DNA from: a virus
DNA length: 64,000 nt
Strand: one strand, 5' to 3'
Virus record (IMG/VR): IMGVR_UViG_3300045016_000140
Coordinates: 10,670 to 74,669 of that record
Shown: piece by piece, positions 58,907 through 64,000 of the stretch
Layout of the letters: every line of letters begins with the position of its first letter
Position numbering within the stretch: position 1 is the stretch's first letter
Notes under the pieces: generated by a model
Database searches by the model: none
What the model saw: only the letters and a program-made list of their open reading frames with translations
What the model was told of the DNA's origin: nothing
Made by a program: the position numbers and the translations under genes

Positions 58907-60460
58907 ATGCACGTGAAACCAATCACTGAATCGAAAGACGCGACCCTCCAAGCGTTGGAAGGTCACAAGAACGGAATGATCCGGAGATGGAGTAAAGTGC
59001 TTGCCAAGTGCACTGAGGTCCCCCAAAAGAAATGGGGACTCATGGCCACGCTGTTCGAGAACCAGCACAAGCACATGGATCCGGCGAACCGGTCAATGTT
59101 GACTGAAGACGTGACCACGACTAACAACATTGCCGACTTCACCCGATTCGCCCTCCCGCTCATCCGCAAGAGCTACTCCAAGCTCATCGCCGACAACATC
59201 GTTGGCGTGCAGCCGATGAGCCAGCCCGCCAGCCTCGTATTTTACATCCGATACCGCTACGCCCTCAATAAGGGCCAGACGGTGGCCGGAACGCAGATCA
59301 TGCGTCAAAACACATCTGCCGCATTTGCACGGCAGAACGGCTGGGCACTAGACCCCTACTATTCCAGCCAGTACGTACGCGATGAAGCCCTCACCATCGG
59401 TACCGCATCAGGCGGCGGTGTGGACCTCACCGGCACATTGGCCCACAGGCCAATCCTGGCTGGCACGGTGGTTGTTAACCTATACGAGAGCACTAGGTTC
59501 AACCAACAGTGCGACTACAATCGTCCACTAATTCAAGTTTCGTTTGGCGCTGACGGTCACGTCGATACCTGGGTCCTGGACGATAGCCAGACAAGCGCTG
59601 GAACCTCGGGTATGACGGTTGATACTACGGCCAGCTTCTTCAACACGGCCACTGGCGCAGTGGATGTGAACATCGACCCAGGGTCGGTGACGATCACCAG
59701 CGCCAACTATACTGCCACGGTCAGCTATGAGTACGACCTGGAAGCCAACCCATTCCAGCCTGAGCTGACCCTCAGCATCGACTCGGACTCGGTTGCGGCC
59801 ACAACTCGTAAGCTCAAGACATCTTGGTCGCTTGAAGCTGCCCAGGACCTCAAGGCAGTTCACAACCTCGATGCCGAGCAGACCATGACCGACGTCATGG
59901 CCGACGAGATGGTTGCTGAAATTGACCGTGAAATCATTAACGACCTGATCATCGGCGCTGCAGTCCGTGCGACTCACAACTTTGCCACCGCTGCGGGTGC
60001 CAGTGTGAACTTCACGGATCGCAACATTGCCTTGCTTTACAAGGCCCTCGAAGTCGCGAATATTATCCACCGGTTGACCCTTCGTGGCCCAGCCAACTGG
60101 ATAGTTACTTCGAGCGATATTAGTTCCAAGTTTGAGCAGCTAAACGATTTCCGTGCCAGCGATGCCCTCCAAAAGGAAGGTGTGGACATCGGCATCATGA
60201 ATGCTGGTACAATTCAAGGTAAGATTAAGCTGCACAAGGATCCTTTATTCCCCAACTGCAAGATCCTAATGGGATACAAGGGGAACAGCATCCTCGACAC
60301 AGGTTACATTTATTGCCCATATATCCCACTGCTCAGCACGCCGACCGTGCTGGATCCCAATAGCTTTGTGCCTAATAAGGGCATTATGTGCAGATATGGG
60401 AAGAAACTTGTGGAAGATGGAGGATTATTCTATGGGACTATCACCGTATCGTCCCTATAA
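58907..60460 (+). CDS. major capsid protein (T4 gp23-like)
   Basis: LFENQ, LPLIRK, IVGVQPMSQPASLVFY.RY.Y, TRKLKTSWSLEAAQDLKAVHNLDAE, EIDREII, GYKG, YCPYIPL, KGIM.RY. Confidence 0.97.
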   Translation: MHVKPITESKDATLQALEGHKNGMIRRWSKVLAKCTEVPQKKWGLMATLFENQHKHMDPANRSMLTEDVTTTNNIADFTRFALPLIRKSYSKLIADNIVGVQPMSQPASLVFYIRYRYALNKGQTVAGTQIMRQNTSAAFARQNGWALDPYYSSQYVRDEALTIGTASGGGVDLTGTLAHRPILAGTVVVNLYESTRFNQQCDYNRPLIQVSFGADGHVDTWVLDDSQTSAGTSGMTVDTTASFFNTATGAVDVNIDPGSVTITSANYTATVSYEYDLEANPFQPELTLSIDSDSVAATTRKLKTSWSLEAAQDLKAVHNLDAEQTMTDVMADEMVAEIDREIINDLIIGAAVRATHNFATAAGASVNFTDRNIALLYKALEVANIIHRLTLRGPANWIVTSSDISSKFEQLNDFRASDALQKEGVDIGIMNAGTIQGKIKLHKDPLFPNCKILMGYKGNSILDTGYIYCPYIPLLSTPTVLDPNSFVPNKGIMCRYGKKLVEDGGLFYGTITVSSL

Positions 60461-60511
60461 TATTTTGTTGACGATTAGTAGTTGATTGACAGTTGATTGA
60501 CTAGAATTGAG

Positions 60512-60539
60512 AAACCCCACCAGAAATGGTGGGGTTTTT
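60512..60539 (+). terminator. intrinsic terminator after the MCP
   Basis: AAACCCCACCA-GAAA-TGGTGGGGTTTTT. Confidence 0.85.
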
Positions 60540-60597
60540 AATATGTATATGCACAATATTTTAGTGTATTTAAACATTATAACTTTTGGGAGCAAAA

Positions 60598-62667
60598 ATG
60601 AAACGTAGGCAGTTTAATGTTAATGTTGTACGCGATTTAGTTGAAAATCAAGGTGTTTCGTTGAGTAAAGTGGCGGCACAACTTGGTACTGTTGTGTCTG
60701 TTATATCTAGTTATTGTAAAAGACATAATATTATAAGTAAACATATGGATTCCATGCAACAAAAATGTCTTCCGATCACGTCTATAAAGGTTAGATATGA
60801 TGCTGGCGAGAGTATTCATAGTATGGCAAAAGAATTTTCTGCACCGGCTGCTAGGATTAAACGGCAATTATTGAAGAATTATCCTGGCATGGAATTTCGG
60901 ACATTTGATCAGGTATGTGAATCTAATAGGCCATCTGCTTTGAACAATATAGAAGAATTCAAGAAATTGGCCGATAAGCATTCGTTTAGAGAAATCGCAA
61001 AATTGTTAAATGTTCGTGCCAATACTGTCTGTCATATCGCTAGGAAATTTGGAGTATCTTCTAAATTCGAGTCAATTTCGGCAGAGATTCCTGATGATAT
61101 ATTATATGAATTATATGAAAATGCTAGTATGTCATCTTCACAAATATCTAAATTATATAATCAGCCAGTTGGAGTAATATTACGCAAGTTAAGGAATGCC
61201 GATATTAAAATTCGTGAAAGCGGTGGTAAGACTAGACCATCGAAGCATGTGGCATTGAACGATGCAGCTTGGTTATATGAACAATATGTGGTTTTAAAGA
61301 AAAGTATGTCTGACATTAGAGATATTGTTGGAACGAATGTCGGGAACATTTCGCATCATCTTAAAAAATATGGTATCCCTATTCGCACGAAGGATGAGGT
61401 ATATGGGCGTTTGAGAGAATCTGGCGTTAATTCTACTTGTTTGACTGTGAAGACAAAGTGGGGCTTGTTTCATTGCGATAGTAAATTAGAAGCTGATTAT
61501 CTTAGAGCTATTGAATTGTCTGCCGGGAGTGTGCAAAGGAATGTTGAGCCATTGATGTGCGGTGGTTTGTTATATTATCCTGATTTTATTGTTGATGGGT
61601 CGTATGTTGAAGTTAAACCCAAAGAGGGGACTTTATATCCTGGCGTTAATAGGCAACGTTTAACTAGACAATTTTTGATTGCCAAGAAAAACAATATTGA
61701 TTTAAAGATTTGGTGTGATAAAGGCTATTATGATTATGTTTTGGAGGATGTCGATAAATATTATTGTTTAAATTGGAAGTTAATATTTAATGATGCTGCA
61801 GAATGTTCAAAATGGCTTTATGAATATGGTTTTCACGGTGTTTTATACCCGATAAACGATTTAATACATGGCATTAAAAACAGCATTGTTTGTAAACAGG
61901 GTTACGAGCTAAATGCTAATGTCCAGAATGAGTTTGCTTTAAGACTAATTAGACACTTTTCACAGCATTATTACTATTCTACGCATAAAGGATATAATTC
62001 AGTGGCTGATGCATGGTCTGAAGGTAATTATAATATATTATTGAATGCTATTAGAAAATTATGGGAGAGTAAACGGGAGATTAATTTATATGGATTAATA
62101 TCAGTAATACACAAACACTTTAAAGATTATGCAACTGTTTCGATATTTAAGCCATGGATCGCCAGGACCATTTATAATAAATATATCCCAAAAGGAGGTA
62201 CGGTCATAGATCCATGTATGGGTTGGGGTGGGAGATTGATAGGTAGCATTGGTTTGCCGATAAATTATATTGGTTATGACATCAACCCATTAGTTATTGA
62301 GTCACACCAGAAATTAACTAAATTTCTCGGTGGTCATTTGTTAAATGCTCCACAATTTAGTATTAATGACTCATCACTAGTTAATTTTAGTAAGGCTGAT
62401 TTGTTGTTTACATCCCCACCGTACGACGACACTGAATTATATTATGGCATTAACTCTTATGGCATAATATCTGAACCAATTTACAATAATATTTTTGCGA
62501 AATTTGATGGTATAGTTGTGTTAAATGTGCCGAAGCGACATTCAAAATTATGTGTTGACATTGCTTCGAAATATAATTATAAGTTAATTGAGGAATTGCA
62601 GATGAAGACTTCTTCGTTTATGGGCCGCGAAAAGACGTATGAGCCAATTCTTGTATTTAACAGATAG
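60598..62667 (+). CDS. multi-HTH + PD-(D/E)XK (TnsA-like) nuclease + DNA methyltransferase fusion
   Basis: About five HTH-like units; DSKLEADY...YYPDFIVDGSYVEVKP; FKP..A..IY, DPCMGWGGRL, GYDIN, FTSPPY; GGGAG SD. Confidence 0.8.
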   Translation: MKRRQFNVNVVRDLVENQGVSLSKVAAQLGTVVSVISSYCKRHNIISKHMDSMQQKCLPITSIKVRYDAGESIHSMAKEFSAPAARIKRQLLKNYPGMEFRTFDQVCESNRPSALNNIEEFKKLADKHSFREIAKLLNVRANTVCHIARKFGVSSKFESISAEIPDDILYELYENASMSSSQISKLYNQPVGVILRKLRNADIKIRESGGKTRPSKHVALNDAAWLYEQYVVLKKSMSDIRDIVGTNVGNISHHLKKYGIPIRTKDEVYGRLRESGVNSTCLTVKTKWGLFHCDSKLEADYLRAIELSAGSVQRNVEPLMCGGLLYYPDFIVDGSYVEVKPKEGTLYPGVNRQRLTRQFLIAKKNNIDLKIWCDKGYYDYVLEDVDKYYCLNWKLIFNDAAECSKWLYEYGFHGVLYPINDLIHGIKNSIVCKQGYELNANVQNEFALRLIRHFSQHYYYSTHKGYNSVADAWSEGNYNILLNAIRKLWESKREINLYGLISVIHKHFKDYATVSIFKPWIARTIYNKYIPKGGTVIDPCMGWGGRLIGSIGLPINYIGYDINPLVIESHQKLTKFLGGHLLNAPQFSINDSSLVNFSKADLLFTSPPYDDTELYYGINSYGIISEPIYNNIFAKFDGIVVLNVPKRHSKLCVDIASKYNYKLIEELQMKTSSFMGREKTYEPILVFNR

Positions 62668-62790
62668 TGCCTATAAATTTATGACCGAAGAATCTATATT
62701 GGTGCTAATTTAATTCGTGAGAGGATTATTCTATGGGACTATCACCGTATCGTCCCTGTAATATTTTGTTGAGGCCGTTCTGAAGGCTCC

Positions 62791-62824
62791 AAAAGCCCAT
62801 ACATGAAAGTGTATGGGCTTTTTT
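62791..62824 (+). terminator. intrinsic terminator after the second MCP-end copy
   Basis: AAAAGCCCATACAT-GAAA-GTGTATGGGCTTTTTT. Confidence 0.85.
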
Positions 62825-62869
62825 AATGTATTTGAATGGCAAGAAATTAACCAACATTTTAGCGAATTT

Positions 62870-63622
62870 ATGGTCAAAGAACCAATAAAATATTGGACTA
62901 AATCTCGTGCTAAATTAACGCCAGAAAAACGATATAGAATTAATCAATATTATTGTAATAGCTGGCGAACATGGATTACAAGAAAAGTGTATTGCGCTAT
63001 CCATGAGGATTCGCGATCCGGTAGACTTGCATCAAACATATGCGTGTCATATATTATGAAAATGCATAACGATAATCAATGTTGTGCAATTTCTAAAACT
63101 AAATTAACGCATGATAAATCACTATACTCATTATCTATAGATAGAATAGATAATACTATTGGGCACATTAAAGAAAATGTGCAGCTTGTTAGCATGGCAA
63201 TTAATTTGGCTAAGAATAGGCATACTGATTTGGATGTGCGTGAGTTAATAGATAATATATGTACGCCAATTTTCAGTCCAGTAAAATTGTCTAGGGATTA
63301 TGCTTCTACATGTGTTAGAAATGCAATTGCTTTTGACATTCGAAAGCATCGTTTGCATAATATTAATACTGATTATGTTTTACAATTGTATGCGAGGCAG
63401 GGTGGTATATGTGCTTTATCTGGCATTAAACTGGCCTGTTATGCGCATCCAATGTTTAGCATGTCAATAGATAGAATAGATAATGCTATCGGGCATATTG
63501 AGGGTAATGTTAGATTAATTTGTAAATCATTAAATAGAGTTAGGGGTCTGAGGCCGGATTCGGAAGTTCTAAAGTGGTTGAATGATGTTAGGAGAGTCAA
63601 TGGATACGAAATTGTTGTGTGA
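62870..63622 (+). CDS. tandem two-domain His-Me finger (HNH-like) endonuclease (start uncertain; open from 62813)
   Basis: Twice CA(I/L)S...L...S(L/M)SIDRIDN.IGHI..NV.L....N. Confidence 0.75.
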   Translation: MVKEPIKYWTKSRAKLTPEKRYRINQYYCNSWRTWITRKVYCAIHEDSRSGRLASNICVSYIMKMHNDNQCCAISKTKLTHDKSLYSLSIDRIDNTIGHIKENVQLVSMAINLAKNRHTDLDVRELIDNICTPIFSPVKLSRDYASTCVRNAIAFDIRKHRLHNINTDYVLQLYARQGGICALSGIKLACYAHPMFSMSIDRIDNAIGHIEGNVRLICKSLNRVRGLRPDSEVLKWLNDVRRVNGYEIVV

Positions 63623-64000
63623 CGAATATACATCTGGCAAGACTATATCACAAATATCTAAAAGATATGGAATATCCATGGCCAATCTAAGTAGGTTATT
63701 TAGAAAGCAAGGCGTTAAACGTAAAAAATATGAATTAGACAAAGATTATTTTGAATTGCATAGAGGTTTATCAAATAGGCAGATTAGTGAGGCCACTGGC
63801 ATTAGGCTTGGTCGCGTTAAGCATTTACGATATATCGCCTATAACGGGCAAAAGAAATCAAGTGGTGATTTTACGAATTTAGTTCCAAAGGTTAACAAAG
63901 ATTTAATCGATAAAGATTGGATATATACAAAATATGTCGTTGAGAAATTAGGCGCGCCTGCAATAGCTAAAATATTGGCTGTTAAATGTAGCGACATTTA
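63600..64000 (+). CDS. multi-HTH protein truncated by window end, similar to the N-terminus of the 60598 fusion
   Basis: Manual translation MDTKLLCDEYTSGKTISQISKRYGIS...LIDKDWIYTKYVVEKLGAPAIAKIL; compare LNDAAWLYEQYVVLKKS; GGAG SD; absent from the ORF track because it has no stop. Confidence 0.7.
   Translation, partial: MDTKLLCDEYTSGKTISQISKRYGISMANLSRLFRKQGVKRKKYELDKDYFELHRGLSNRQISEATGIRLGRVKHLRYIAYNGQKKSSGDFTNLVPKVNKDLIDKDWIYTKYVVEKLGAPAIAKILAVKCSDI

Larger units (their letters stand above)
60420..62772 (+). mobile_element. 2.3-kb cassette flanked by 52-bp direct repeats of the MCP 3' end (60420-60471 and 62721-62772)
   Basis: GAGGATTATTCTATGGGACTATCACCGTATCGTCCCT(A/G)TAATATTTTGTTGA at both sites, 51/52 identical. 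Confidence 0.8.

Noticed and set aside
1-64000. Stop-codon reassignment
   Set aside because: Core genes are full length in the standard code and end with TAA, TAG or TGA; coding density is high.
1-64000. tRNA or rRNA genes
   Set aside because: No cloverleaf or T-loop signature recognised in intergenic gaps by eye; tRNAscan-SE would be needed to exclude them.

Overview
This window is part of a large T4-like (myovirus-type, probably jumbo) phage genome in the standard genetic code. It covers most of the virion morphogenesis region: tail sheath, three tail-tube paralogues, hub chaperone, tape measure, gp5/VgrG-like spike, gp25 and gp6-like baseplate, inverted large terminase, portal, prohead protease, scaffold and gp23-like major capsid protein (MCP). 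Replication and transcription genes are interspersed (SbcC/gp46 ATPase, Fe-S DinG/XPD helicase, primase, UvsW-like helicase, gp55-like sigma factor). Accessory genes include rmlB, peptide deformylase, a DNA methyltransferase, a GNAT-ASCH fusion and a TPP-enzyme/radical-SAM/glycosyltransferase cassette. The most notable observations are: (1) nuclease-plus-DNA-modifier fusion genes directly behind the two main structural genes, with the one behind the MCP bracketed by a 52-bp duplication of the MCP 3' end, each copy followed by its own GAAA hairpin, and an MCP 3' end whose codon usage looks shifted; (2) a recurring YAAAnnTA motif (core CAAATATA) in front of about 18 genes, in five cases 4-5 nt before an SD-less ATG, a candidate late promoter; (3) a possible virion-glycosylation system; (4) a frameshifted 26-aa repeat gene whose start is duplicated just downstream; (5) an ACG-initiated spike gene candidate. 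All assignments come from reading motifs by eye; no database searches were run.
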